A DNA stretch of 64,000 nt from Hemiscyllium ocellatum (GCF_020745735.1 NC_083413.1:51150001-51214000), one strand, 5' to 3'. Shown: positions 1-12,720, counted from the first letter of the stretch. Notes: generated by a model from the letters alone, not told the origin. A program made the numbers and translations.

Positions 1-1335
1 TGTGCAAATCATCCATCTAACAAAATTAAACACCCTTGTCTTGGTTTGCAAACTCCCTCCCCATTTTCAGGTAATTTACTTTTGTAACCTTCCCCAATCT
101 CAACATGTACACATGGATCCAATCCCACTATCAGAAAAGCTATCAGTCATCATTCCTCTATTTTCAAGATGTTTTCCCCAAAACCTTGCTACTTCTCTAA
201 GAACCTCTGTAAGGTCACAGTTTGACCATCTTGCATGATTTTTACTACCTGCAGGCAAATCCTCTTCCCTCCAGTAAAGGTGTTCTATAAATGTTAGCTG
301 TTTCAACTTACATTTGTCTCTGGAGACAAGAAAACCCTGAAACGTAGGTTGTACAGATGCATTTTTTGTGTTTTATTTATCACTTGACCATCAAATTTAA
401 AACCAATTACTTGGTTAATTAACTCGTTGCATGTTGTGGAATCTTCCAAAGTATAAATTGGCTGTCATGCTTCAATATTTGAACAGTTTAAATGATGATT
501 TAACACTATAATGCTGACTACATTTCAAGAAGTACACTTAATTGACAGTAATAAGTTCTCATACCCCATTATTTATTGATAACTATTGCTTTCATTAATC
601 CTCCAATCAATCAGTTAAATGGATGAATGTAAGCTATCTCCTGTTCAAGCCACATTTAATGCTATCTATTTCTTAATTTTTTTTAATGCAAAACATCATT
701 AGAACCCATTTTACAAGCTAACTGAAAACTACATTGGGTGGTAACACTGCAACACATCAGAAAATAGGGTAATTTAATTTCAAAGCCAAATAAACTCAAT
801 AATATTCTAGCTTCTTGTCAATATGACTCTCTGGTTTTACTTTATAAAAAGGATGCACGCTATTGCTTTTGCATTCAAGTACCACAAAATAAATTCAAAA
901 AGATTTTATTAGAGTAAAAGAAAGTTACATTAATACAAGTCCTAAATTTGAACAGTGTCTAATCACACATTCAAAGTCTGACTTTTTGCATCATTTTTAT
1001 TCAAAAGTATAAATTAGCTATACTGATGCTGTAAAATTCCAAGGAAACCAAAGCTTTATATGGTATATACATATTGTATTCCAAGTTGTGATGAAAAACT
1101 ATCTGCTATAGCATGGATCAAACATACAGGTTTCTATGTCGCATCCATGAAGCAGAATTCACAACTGAGAGATGAAAGGAAACACTTTAACAAAGACATT
1201 GGTGTTGTTTGCATAAATATAACTTGTTACTTATTGAACAGGGACAGAAACAATTTATCAAATTAGTCATTTATCCCCTGTTTCATTGCATCGATTTAGA
1301 ATTAGACCTGTACGGGGTCCCCGATTATTTGAACC

Positions 1336-2600
1336 TGATGTGGAGGTGCTGGTGTTGAAACAAAGTTAAAAATCACACAACACCAGGTTGTAGTCTAACA
1401 GGTCTATTTGGAAACACTAGTTTTCAGAGTGCTGCTCCTTCATCAGGTAACTAGTGCAGCAGTATCATAAGACAGAATTTATAGCAAAAGATTATAATGT
1501 CATGCAATTGAAATGATATATTGAACAAATCTAGATTGCTGTTAAGTCTTTCATCTTTTAGAATGGGTTGCAGATTTTGGTTCATTAATATTTAAGTCCC
1601 AGAATTTCTTTTAAGTCACATTCTCGAAATAACTTAAGGTTATATATAAATAAATGTGACATCTCAGCTCAGACAATGTGTTAAAAGGTGTGAGAGTAGA
1701 GTCTGTCTGTAGCCCAATCTTGAGCCAATCTGGTTCTGGTTCCAAACTAGGAATTTATAAAATGATACATGGATTGACTACCTGCATTGAGCAAAAATAG
1801 AATCTCTCTCCAATTACAATGCTGCAAATGCAAATTCACCCAAAGATGTAGATGTAGATGTGTGTGTGTGTTTGTGTGTGCGCGTGCAAGGGGGAGAGAG
1901 AGAGAGAGCGCAAGCATTTGAGTGCGCAAGAAAGAGAGTGTGCATTAGTGTGTGCATGCTTGGTAGAGTGTGTGCATGAGTGTGATGGAGTAGAAGCCTA
2001 TGAGAGGGTGTATGCGTAGGTAAGAGTGTGGGGGGTGTATGTGTGTGAGTACGAGAGAGAATGTGTGTATGAAAAAGGGTCTGCATGGGTGCGCGAGTAT
2101 GTAAGAGTGCATGTGAGTGTATAGTGTAGTGGGGATATGAGCCCAAGTTCCCAGTTGAGGCCATCCTCATGGGTATTGAACTTGGCTATCAGCCTCTGCT
2201 CAACCACTCTGCGTTGTTGCCTGTCCCAAAGTCTGCCTTGAAGGATGGCCACCCAAAGATCTGAGGCTGAATGAATCTGACCGCTGAAGTGTTCCCCGAT
2301 TGTTGTGTGGTGTCATAGCATCTGCTCAGTCTCGCCAATATACCATGCCTCAGGTATCCTTGCCTGCAGAGTATGAGATAGGCAATGTTGACCATTTTCA
2401 AAGATAATGTTTTGCAGGCTGCGAAGAACATGGTGTAGTTTCTCCACTCCAAGAAGTACTGAACAACAAAGGGTACCCTATTGATTACATCCCATGTCGG
2501 TCTCCTGAGGAGGTCATTATGGTTTCTCGTTGTGGCACATCAGAACTAGCGTTTGATGAGTTGAGCATTCTACCGTGTTCTTATGAGGCCATCCTTCAGC
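1336..2600 (-). mobile_element. Penelope-like element 3' remnant (GIY-YIG fragment, internal GT/GA microsatellite, terminal hammerhead motif)
   Basis: Broken frames NIAYLILCRQG and ILQG...EQRLIAKFNTHEDGLN resemble PLE GIY-YIG. The terminal part matches 49010-49405 in reverse. Confidence 0.7.
1850..2130. repeat. Degenerate (GT)n/(GA)n simple repeat
   Basis: Visible directly; explains the His/Thr-rich spurious ORFs. Confidence 0.9.
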
Positions 2601-4810
2601 TTGACGTTGAGTGTGTGTGTGTATGTGAAGGAAACACAATGCTGCAACTAGACTTTGAATGACAAGACAAGAATGTCCTTAATAACTGGAAATTTACATC
2701 TCATTCATAACCAAACTTACCTCATTTACATGCAGTTTTCCAATATCTTACATTCATTGCGACGGAGCCATCACTTGCCTTGCCTATTGCACTTTGCTGC
2801 CCTCTTGATGGGATGACACTGCAGACAAGCCAAGGTTGCTTGTCTTCCATGTAATGGCATGCAGGGGAGAAGGCAGTGGCGCTGTACTCTGCCCAGAGAG
2901 GGAGAACTGAATGCCACATCATGTTGTTCAGTGTTTCTGCAATAGGTCTTGACATCAGTAACTTCTGCACTCTGGTTAACAGCAGCAAGACTTGTTTTAA
3001 GAGATAAAACTACAGATCTATGGGCCAAAGTACATTTATGCAAATATAATAATGAATTTCTAAGGTGTCCTGCAGGCAGGAGTTTATGTCGAAATTTCTA
3101 TGGAGTTTATTTGCTCATGTCAAAACATTAGAAACTGAGATAAAACTGAAAACACAGTACAACTGATTAATACTGAATAGCCTGTGGATTTCTGCATTTT
3201 CCCCAGAAATACTTGCTCTTACTTTGTCTGATAAAAGGAAAGAGCAGAGACATAGTCATTGAGAAAACTAATTCGTCATTTCGAACAATCCACTGTCACA
3301 TTTTCTAATGTGAATTAGGACATTTGGAAAATCTGCAGTTCTGCTCCTTCCCTAAAATTTGGCACCTCACCAAATCACTCTGCTCTTTAAAGCTTCTTAC
3401 AACCCACATCTTCAATGACACTTTGGGTCATCCCTCCTCCCAACCCGTCTGTCTCAGGATATGATTTTTCTAATTACATTTCAATGTGCATCTTGAGACA
3501 CTTTCTGCCTTAAAATGAATCATAATGCTGTAATTTTATATTTAGTTCATCTTGAAGAGATATTTTTTGAAAACCTTTGATCAGTATGACCAGGTATATT
3601 ATCCACTAAAAGTGCTCAGCTTTCCAGATATCATGTCTTTGCCCTGACTGACACTGGTCAATTGATTCTTTTGGCTGTTGCCTGTCAGCCATTAGCGCTG
3701 AACAGGGAATGCTGAAATTTACTTTACTTAAGGTGGATCCTTAGCATATTCTCTAATTACCAGGGTCTGTTTGATCTTCCTGAAACATGCCCAGTGTTGA
3801 TTCTGTGCAAACCCTCATTTCCAATGCCTACCTTTGTTTTCAGTGTTTTCTTATCCAGATCTAAAAACCATAGCTACATTCAGTTTTGATAAAGCCTAAA
3901 TTCAGATGGGACATCAGTGGTCTTCTAATTCATGCCAAGGGATTTGATGGTCATCTTTCTGATGCTCCCTGGCTTTTACAAATGCTGTCAATGTATGTGG
4001 AATTTTTAGCCTTTTTCTTCATTGGGAAATTCAATGACGCAGCCACTTTTCTTTCCTTCCCTGTTCTGGTTTTGACTATGGCCCAGACGTTCCTGAATAA
4101 GTGTTTTTCTGTCGTATTGAAATAGCCCGTGGGGACAGCTCTGCAGTTTTCACAGCCAATTTGAAACTGACCTGATGCTCTCATGAACCACTATCAGCCA
4201 GTTCGCAAATCCTGTCTTCACTGTACAGCCAGTGCTATTGTATTGTGATTTTATCTCTTGGGATTTCAAAGTAAATGCAGCTTTTATAATGAACCAAATC
4301 CTGTCTGAAGCATTTCCAATGGTCTTCAAATATGCCTTGCTACTTTCACATAATCTAAGCAAAGCCATGGCAGAGATGTATGTTACGTTTTTGTGTTCAC
4401 TTACAAACACATACCAGGCTTGGTAAATGGACTTAGTTCTGTTCATTTCAAAGTCAATTGCAGTCTTATTGAGACAGACAGACCAGTTCAACAAGTTCAT
4501 AACTATTGTTACAGGAAAACAAAGCTTGACTCATTGACATTACATGCTGTAAGTTAGATTGAAATGGGTTAGATCAGGGTACTTTCTTGGTTCATGCAGT
4601 TAAATATAGTGGATGTCCAAGGAAACATGGGGGTTCAGATCCACAGATCATTAAAATCCCATAAACAGGTGCAGAAAATAATCAATAAAGTTAATCGAGT
4701 GCTGATCATTAGATCTAGAGGACTGAAGTTGTGCTGTCGGTATACAAACCCTTGTTAGCCCCACTTGGAGTACTGTAACCAGATCTGGACAACACCTCAG
4801 GAAACGTATA

Positions 4811-5096
4811 CAGAGGAACCTTGGTTATCTGAAGGAGAAAGCGAGGACTGCAGATGCTGGAGATCAGAGTTGAAAATGTGTTGCTGGAAAAGCGCAGCAG
4901 GTCAGGCAGCATCCAAGGAACAGGAGAATTGACGTTTCGGGCATAAGCCCTTCTTCAGGAAGGACACAGGTAGGGAGTGTTTCGTTCGGTTAATCAAATG
5001 CAGGATAACATTGTTAGCCAAGATTGGAACCTTGCGACCTTGTTCAGATAATCCGAAATTCAGTTAATCAAATGCCAGATAATCGAGGTTCCTCTA
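4811..5096. mobile_element. Tigger/pogo-like MITE
   Basis: TIRs CAGAGGAACCTTGGTTATCTG / CAGATAATCGAGGTTCCTCT flanked by TA; same family as 14304-15023. Confidence 0.7.
4925..4962 (-). ncRNA. Minimal hammerhead ribozyme motif
   Basis: Minus strand reads CUGAAGA-A-GGGC-UUAU-GCCC-GAAA-C-GUC: intact core with a perfect stem II. Confidence 0.75.
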
Positions 5097-5884
5097 TATT
5101 GGCTTTGTACAGAGTCTGATGCAGGTTTACAAGAATAATATCTGGACTGCAAGAATTCAGTTAAAAACAGGGATCATACAAATTATGCCTTTTTTTCTAG
5201 AACTTAAGGTTTATTGGCTGATACGCTCAAATTCTTCAAAATAACAAACAGAAAAAGACACAGTAGATAGATAAACTATTTCCACTAGTTGTATATTCTA
5301 TACCTGGGGGAGTTAAGGGTTAGGGTTGGGAGGTGGCATAGTCTGAGATTTAGGGCCAGACACTTCAGAAGAGATGTTACGATGCATTTTAAACACAGAG
5401 GGGCATAGAGGTTTGTAATTCTCTTCCAGAGATGGCAGTGGATGCTGGATCTGTTGTTGATTTTAAACTGAAGATAGATACATTTTGTTTAGCAAAGATA
5501 TTAAGGAATTTGGGCCAAAGGCAGGTATATGGACTGAGGCTACAGATCAGCCATAATCTCAATGAATGGTAGAATAGGTGCAAGAGGCAGAATTACCTAT
5601 TCCTGTTCTATGGTTGTTAATAGCCATTGTCAATGTACCAGTTATAGTACTTGCTCATTACTGTATATCCTCAGCATAATAAATGCAAATTGTTGCACTC
5701 AATAAAATTACTACCTGTTTATTACCAAGTATATCATTTTTATTGCTGGAGTACTCATTCTGACTCAACTCAAAAATTAAAAAAAGAATTTATTTTAAAA
5801 AATAAGTGTCACTTTAAATGCTCTCCCTGCTACACTGCATTAAAATAAAAAGATTCCTCATTCTGCAGTTAGTAAATTAGTTAG

Positions 5885-6820
5885 TTAGTAAGTTTGCAGA
5901 TGACGCCAAAATTGGACGTGTAGTGGACAGCAAAGAAGGTTACTTCAGATTATAATGGGATCTGGACCAGATGGGCCAATGGGCTGAGAAGTGGCAGATG
6001 GAGTTTAATTCAGATAAATGTGAGGTACTGCATTTTGGAAAAGCAAATTTTAGCAGCACTTATACACTTAATGCTAAGGTCCTAGGGAGTGTTGCTGAAC
6101 AAAGAGACCTCAGAGTGCAAGTTCATAGCTCCTTGAAAATGGAGTTGCAAGTAGATAGGATAGTGAAGAAGGTGTTTGGTATGCATTCATTTATTGGTCA
6201 GAATATTGAGTACAGGAGTTGGAAGGCCATGTTGCTGCTGTACGGGACATTGGTTAGGCCACTGTTGGAATATTGCATGCAATTTTGGTCTCGTTCCTAT
6301 CGGAAAGATGTTGTGAAACTTGAAAGGGTTCAGCAAAGATTTACAAGGATGTTGCCAGGGTTGGAGGATTTGATCTATAGGGAGAGGCTGAATAGGCTGG
6401 GGCTGTTTTCCCTGGACGTCAGGGGATGAGGGGTGACTTTATAGAGGTTTACAAAATTATGAGTGGCATGGATAGGATAAATAGACAAAATCTTTTTCCT
6501 AGGACGGGGGAGGGCATTGATTTAGGGTAAGAGGGGAAAGATATCAAGAGGCCTAAGGGGCAACTTTTTCACGCAGAGGGTGATACATATATAAATAAGC
6601 TGTCTGAGGAAGTGGTAGAGACTAGTACAAGGTGGGAACCAATACAATTGCGACATTTGAAAGGCATTTGGATGGGTATATGAATAGGAAGGGTTTGGAG
6701 GGATGTGGGCTGGGTGCTGGCAGGTGGGACTAGGTTGGGTTGGGATACCTGGTCGGCATGGACAGTTTGGACCAATGGGTCTGTTTCTGTGATGTACATC
6801 TCTATGACTCTATGATTCTA
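5885..6820 (+). mobile_element. CR1/HER1-type LINE 3' fragment
   Basis: KFADD motif near 5890; ORF 5971..6429 WAEKWQMEFNSDKCEVLHFG...LVRPLLEYCMQFW; short-repeat tail (ctatga). Confidence 0.92.
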
Positions 6821-8208
6821 TGCAGCTTTTCTCGCTTTGGATTTGGACAAACAACACAGACTGATCTACCCAACTTAATCGTTCTTAGGACTTCAAAATT
6901 CTGTAGCTACTTCATTGTCAGTTTTTGTTTCATGCTTCAATCATAAGTTTTAAAATTCATGCACAGGACCATTTAAACATTATGTTCTAACTTATCATAT
7001 TTTCTATCCTTCATAATGGTTTTAACAATGCCAGAATAACACGCACTAAAATTGTACAATTAGGCAACCAACTAATAACATACATGCTAATAGCACAAAA
7101 ATAGTAATTAAATTAGTCTTATGCAATTTAATTATTTAAAATAAATAAAGTATGAAAAACAATATTTTCTTGGCTAGAAAACAAGAAAAAAACGCGATGA
7201 ATTGGACATTAACATCAGCTTCATTGCATTTTAATGGCTATTACACAATTACTTTCAGATAATGATTTGTCTGCTTTGGTCTTTCCACTCTGAGTCATAA
7301 ACATTGAAGAGTTTTGTTATCTAAAGTTTTGGTTACAGGCAAATACACAATCAACAGATCGCTGCCCTTAGTAATCCACATGATTGCTTACAAAGTGGAT
7401 AAGTATACAGTGTTTGTATTCAAATAATTGGTTGCTCACTCTCAAATCGATCAAAATATCAGACTACAGTGTGATCTAAGACCCTAATCAGCTATTCGTT
7501 TTCTTTACAAATAACTGCCTGAATAAAATTTGAATTTAGTTTAATTATTTATAAAATTAATTATATTACTTAAAGTGAAAAGATTGACAATGATAGAATT
7601 TCAGTGGTAAATTAAAGACTGCATTCTGTTAAAGATATACTTGACAGCAGATCATAAGAGCATGGTCAGAACCATATTTATGATTAGAGTGGTGTTGGAT
7701 GCTGCCTGAACTGCTGCGCTAATCTAGAATCTGGTTTCCAGCATCTGCAGTCATTGTTTTTACCTAGAACCATATTTATGACTAATCAAGCTATACGAAA
7801 GATGGCAAATCTGCAGTGTGACGAGCATTCTAGATAATAAGGCAATTGTTTCCTTCTGAATGATACAATATTGCAGGATGTCAGATTCAATGTCTTAAAC
7901 TTCTGGGATAGAAGAGAAGTATCAATCCAAGACAAGGTAGTTAAACTGTGAAATGGGAGCAACAAACAAAGCCAAATTGCTTAATGCTGAAAATGAATAC
8001 AAAAGAACTGCACAAACAATAACTTAAAGATAAAATCATGATTTCTACCATACAGTGAATATAAAACTTGATTCATGTGGACAAAAAAAACAATTAATTC
8101 CAGATATTTAAAACAACTTCATCAAGTATTTCAAAATAACATTTTGAAGAGATGCAAAAAAAATAACCTAAGTACATTACCAGCAAAACCATTCAGTACC
8201 TTAACATA

Positions 8209-8438
8209 AAGAGAAAATGCTGGAAAAATCTCAGCAGGTCTGGCAGCATCTGTAAGGAGAGAAAAGACCTGATGTTTCGAGTCTAACTGACCCTTTGGCA
8301 AAGCTGTGACAAAGGGTCAGTTAGACTCGAAACATCAGCTCTTTTCTCTCCTTACAGATACTGCCAGACCTACAGAGATTTTGCAGCATTTTCTCTTTTG
8401 GTTTCAGATTCCAGCATCCGCAGTAATTTGCTTTTATC
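8209..8438. mobile_element. Short fold-back element with 15-bp TSD
   Basis: ~95-bp inverted arms centred near 8302; TSD CAGTACCTTAACATA at 8194-8208 and 8439-8453. Confidence 0.85.
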
Positions 8439-9159
8439 CAGTACCTTAACATACAACAATTATGGCAACGTGTGTCGATAGTTCTGCAAAATAAAAGATA
8501 AAATATTGCAACGTTTCGCTGGTATTCACATCTCACAATGCATTTTGCTGTTATATCAGACATTTTATCCAGCTCGCATTTTTTTTCGCCTAATTGGCTT
8601 ATTACTTAGTTATACAATCTGTCTTTTGCGAATTAATTCACCAAAAATGATACAAATGGATTAAGCAGGGAACAAGCTGGAGCTTGCCTTGTGGGTAAGT
8701 CAGAGACAGTACATCGCGACCGATGGTATGACTATCCTAGAGCCGGGCGGTGCCGACACACGGGACTTGTCAATAACCTACAATAGTGAGACTAACGCTT
8801 CCAAGTCAGGCAGCTCCAGCTGCACTTACAAATAACTTTACAGAAGCATCGCCTTCACCTCTCACCCCTGAGGACGGGGTTAGATTTTCACTCCACTCAA
8901 ACAAGACACGGAGCTGCCACTCTTGCTTTTTATGCGCTTAACAAAGTGTCAAAACCTCGCTTGTGACATTTTCTCTTATCACATCAAAAGTAGCTCGCAA
9001 GGACAATGCAGACCTGTATTTTTGAGTTTTCCAAAAAAATAATACCACAGAGGAAGTTGCATGAAACGAAACACTGGATGCAGATTCCCACAGACCACAC
9101 TACTCTGCAGATTACAGCAGACCCTCTGCGCTCTGGAGGTGCTACATGAAGCCTCAAGC

Positions 9160-10150
9160 TGAAGTCCCTGCCCTCTACGGCACTGCCCCACCCCCTCGCG
9201 CCGTCCTGAGCAGTTATTGGCCGGTTGGACATCAATCAGGAGCATTTCGATGACGTTGCATCACAACGCTCCCTGGCTCTTGTAGTTCTTCGGACGTCCG
9301 GGCGCAGGCGCATTCACCGTGCAGGACTACAACCCCCGGCAGCCCCAGCGGTGACTGACCGAGGCGCAAGAGGGGTTTCCGGTGGAGCCGTTGCCGACGC
9401 TGCGCTTCCCCCTTGTCGGTGCCGGAGGTGAGAGGAGTCGGGAGGCAGTGCAGCGAGCGAGTCAGTCGCCGAGAGGCCGGACCTCGGGGAGGTGGTGGCT
9501 GTGGCCGTGGTGTGTTTAACCCTCCCCCGCCCCCCGATGCTTGTGGGTGAGTCCCTGTCACCGTCCGTGTTACTGGTTCCGAGGCCTGGTCCCTGGCGGC
9601 AGTGTCGTGACCACCCCCCCCTCCCCGGTGAGTGGGGAAGGTATCCGCCCAGCCCAGACTGGGCCACGGGCCTAGGGGCTGCCCGGTTACCCTCCCTCAC
9701 CCCTTCCCCCTCAGGGCAGCCAACAATCCGCGGGGTACGGCTCGGTTTTATGTGCGAACCGATCAATCTGGGAGGGTTTGCATCGGCTTTAAATGGAGAG
9801 GCAACTTGCGGAAGTGTGTGCCTGCCCGGAATGTGTATGAGCAAACCTGGGTGTGTGCAGGATCTCGGTGAGCATTGACCAGCCCTTCATGCGTGTAAAC
9901 TCACCGCTGCCCTTTAACGCGCGGGCAGGCAGGCGATCGAAGCCTTTAGTCTTCTGAGGTCTTACATTTTTAAGTAAGTTACGGGCGAATGTTACCCCCT
10001 GGAGTTCTTAAGTTTGCATTAGGCGCAGTACGCCGGCTCTAAAGGGATATGCGACAATTGGCGAATGTGACCCCTTCAAAATTTCAGATGCGTTCGTACG
10101 GTTTCTTTTCATTCTGGAAACCGAATGTAATTTTTGGGCAGCAACTCGAT
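9160..10150. promoter_or_regulatory. CpG island / putative bidirectional promoter of PDCD10 and a divergent transcript
   Basis: Sharp GC/CpG enrichment in AT-rich DNA. Reverse CCAAT (ATTGG 9216-9220), CRE/ATF-like TGACGTTGCATCA (9251-9263), NRF1-like GCGCAGGCGCA (9302-9312), and two oppositely oriented ACTACAA (ZNF143/THAP11-type) motifs at ~9268-9288 (-) and 9325-9345 (+). Confidence 0.85.
9345..9427 (+). other. PDCD10: PDCD10 non-coding first exon (start approximate)
   Basis: Lies just downstream of the core promoter motifs and ends at donor GAG|GTGAGA (GT at 9428). Alternative GTGAGT donors at 9547 and 9628. Confidence 0.6.
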
Positions 10151-10904
10151 CTGCAGGTTTGCCGGCCAGTAGGATACTTTCTTGTCGGTTTTGGATAAAA
10201 TCCTCGAAAAGTTTCTACTGCATTATAATGGTGGATATTGTGCTAAGGCTAAATAGATTTCTAGTCCATTTTTTGATCAGTGATTAGGCCTCTAAATTTG
10301 GAATAATTTCTTTTATATCCTTGTAATTAACACCCGCTGTAGTGTTATTTTCACAACTTTTATGATATTTTACTTGAAAAGCATCTTTGTACTTCACAGT
10401 TAAACTGAACATCTGGATATAAATGCTGATGTTGGAAGTCATGATCAAAACCTTAGTCAGTCATTTGGTTTAATGAAGAGAGAAAGTGGAGGTATTTAGG
10501 ACTTTGATTTCATTGTGGTCTCCTGAAGATTGCTTGTATTCTTTTGTACAATATGAATGTGCAGAAAATCCATTGGGAAGGATTAGCTTCATACGGTATA
10601 TTTTTTCTAATAACTGAAGAGGCTAATCTGTGAGGCTGTTTCTGTGACAGGCTGTCCTCATGAATGGGTGTAATATCTTATTGTGGGCTGCTGTGTTTTG
10701 GTGTTGATGCTTGCTGCCAAGCTGCTACAGCTGTCAATTGACATGATGGCACATGCCAGCCTATAGGTAGTGCTGCTCCAGTAGCTGCTTTCCTTATGTG
10801 TGTATTATATTAAGTTCTGTATTGACTGATAGATTGTCATCATGACAGGCTTGACACACAAACATACATACAAAATTTGAGCAGGAACAGTCATTCAGCC
10901 CTTT

Positions 10905-11030
10905 GACGCTCACAGAAGATGTTACCTAGTATGGTGATGAAACATCTGAAAATGAACCTTCCAGCTCAGCAAGCATACCTACATCTAGAACCTCAACCTG
11001 AGCTACAAATCTTCTCAAAACTCACTAGCC
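10905..11030 (+). mobile_element. Penelope terminal fragment with degenerate hammerhead core
   Basis: Matches 26430-26550; core reads CAGAAGA-U-GUUACC..GGUGAU-GAAA-CAUC. Confidence 0.7.
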
Positions 11031-12720
11031 AATCTTGTATTCTTGAACTGTGATCCCTGATTCTGGACTTCCTGTTGTTGGACGCATTCTTCTTGCATTT
11101 ACCCTGCCTAGTCTTGTCAGAATTTTCTAGGTTTCTAGATATCCTCCTTACCCTTTTAAATTCCAGTGAACATGGTCCTAACAATCCAGTTTTCCTCCTT
11201 ATGTTAGTCCTGCTATCCAAGAAATCAGGGGAAAGTGAGGGCTGCAGATGCTGGAGATCAGAGTTGAAGAGTGTGGTGTTGGAAAAGCACAGCTAGTCAG
11301 GCAGCAGGAGAGCTGCAGGAGAATCGATGTTTTGGGCATAAGCCCTCATTCCAAGGAATCAGTCTTGTAAACCCACGTTTTGCTACCTCCATAGCCAAAA
11401 CATCTTTCCTCAGCTAGAGACCAAAATTGCACATAGTACTCTAGTTGTGTCTCACCAGGGCCATGTTCAACTAGGCAAGATATTCCTGCTCCTGTACTCA
11501 AATCCCCTTGCTATGAGGGCCAACATACCAATTTGCCACTTTCACTGCCTGCTGGATCTGATACTTAATTTTAGCAGCTGATGTACAGGGACACCCTCTT
11601 TGCACCTGCTACTTTCTCAATCTAATGGCATTCGGATAATCTGAATTATCAAAGTGAATCACCACACATTAATCTATATTTGCTGTGCATTTGTCCACTC
11701 ACTAAAATCTCACTGAAGCATCTCTGCAATCTCCTCACAGTTTACTCTTCCATCCAGCTTTTTTGTTTGTAAAACTTTAAGATATTACATTTTGTTCCCT
11801 CCATCTAAATCGTTAATGTATTTTGTGAAAAGCTGAGGAGCTAGCACTAATCTCTGCAGTACCCCCACTAGTCCCTGCCTGCATTTGGAAACCTTGATGT
11901 GGAGGTACCAGTGTTGGACTGGGGTGGACAAAGTAAGAAGTCACACGATATCTAGTTTAGTCCAACAGGTTTATTTGAAATCACAATTTCGGAGTGCTGC
12001 TCCTTCATCAGGTGAAGTGTGACTTCTGACTTTACATTCGGAAAAGAATCATTTATTGCGACACTTCGTTTCCTGTCTGCTAAACAGTTTTCTATCCACG
12101 TTAGTACACTACCTCTAATACTTTAAATTTACATGTTATCTGGGACCTTATTCAAAGCCTTCTGAGTGTCCAAGTATACCAACTGAATACCTTTTATCCG
12201 CTCTACGAGTTACATCCTCTCCAAATTCCAGTAGATTTGTGAAACGTGAATTCCCTTTCATAAATCTATGCTAATTCTATTCAATTTTGGCACTGTTTTC
12301 CAAGTGGTCTGCTGTTAAATCTTTTATAATGGATTCTAGTATTTTCCCCAGTACTAATGTCAGGCTAACTAGTGTATAGAATCATCGAGTTTTACAGCAT
12401 AATTCCCTATGTTCTCTCTGCCTTTTTTAATCAATGTGGTTTCATTTGGCTATCTTCAAATCCACAAGAACTGCTGCACAATAATGGTTACCAATTAATC
12501 CAAAGTTTCTAGGGCCATGTTCTTAAGTACTGTGCAATGTAGATTAGAAGGCCCTGGGAATTTATCCACCTTTAGTCATTCAAATTTCCCCAACACTATT
12601 TCTGTGCTAATGCTGATTTTCTTCAGTTCCTGTTTTTCACCAGACCTCTGCATTCCCTAGCATTTTTAAACGTTATTTTAAAATAACGTCCTCCTCTGTA
12701 TTCATTTTGTGTATAATTTT
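11030..12720 (-). mobile_element. Degraded CR1 LINE with nested short elements (11228-11350, 11894-12035)
   Basis: Collinear similarity to the CR1 copy at 15311-18200. Confidence 0.75.

Larger units (their letters stand above)
4570..5610 (+). mobile_element. Old CR1-type LINE 3' fragment, interrupted by nested elements
   Basis: RT C-terminal remnants (gttagccccacttggagtactgt) and a CR1 3' tail. Confidence 0.7.

Noticed and set aside
1747-2170. His/Thr-rich ORFs
   Set aside because: Translation artefacts of the (GT)n/(CA)n repeat.
3951-4500. Vague F-BAR-like resemblance of the minus ORFs (SIYQAWYVFVSE; QFQ...TTEKHL)
   Set aside because: Short motifs with wrong spacing and different frames; not supportable without a search.
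1-9200. SERPINI1 coding sequence expected from synteny
   Set aside because: No serpin-like peptide seen in the frames I checked; coding exons presumably lie left of the window, so no CDS is called.
9225-9878. Overlapping 68-176 aa ORFs on both strands
   Set aside because: Stop-poor GC-rich island with no recognisable protein.
12670-12689. Perfect 20-bp palindrome ACGTTATTTTAAAATAACGT
   Set aside because: Low complexity, inside a decayed CR1; no evidence of function.
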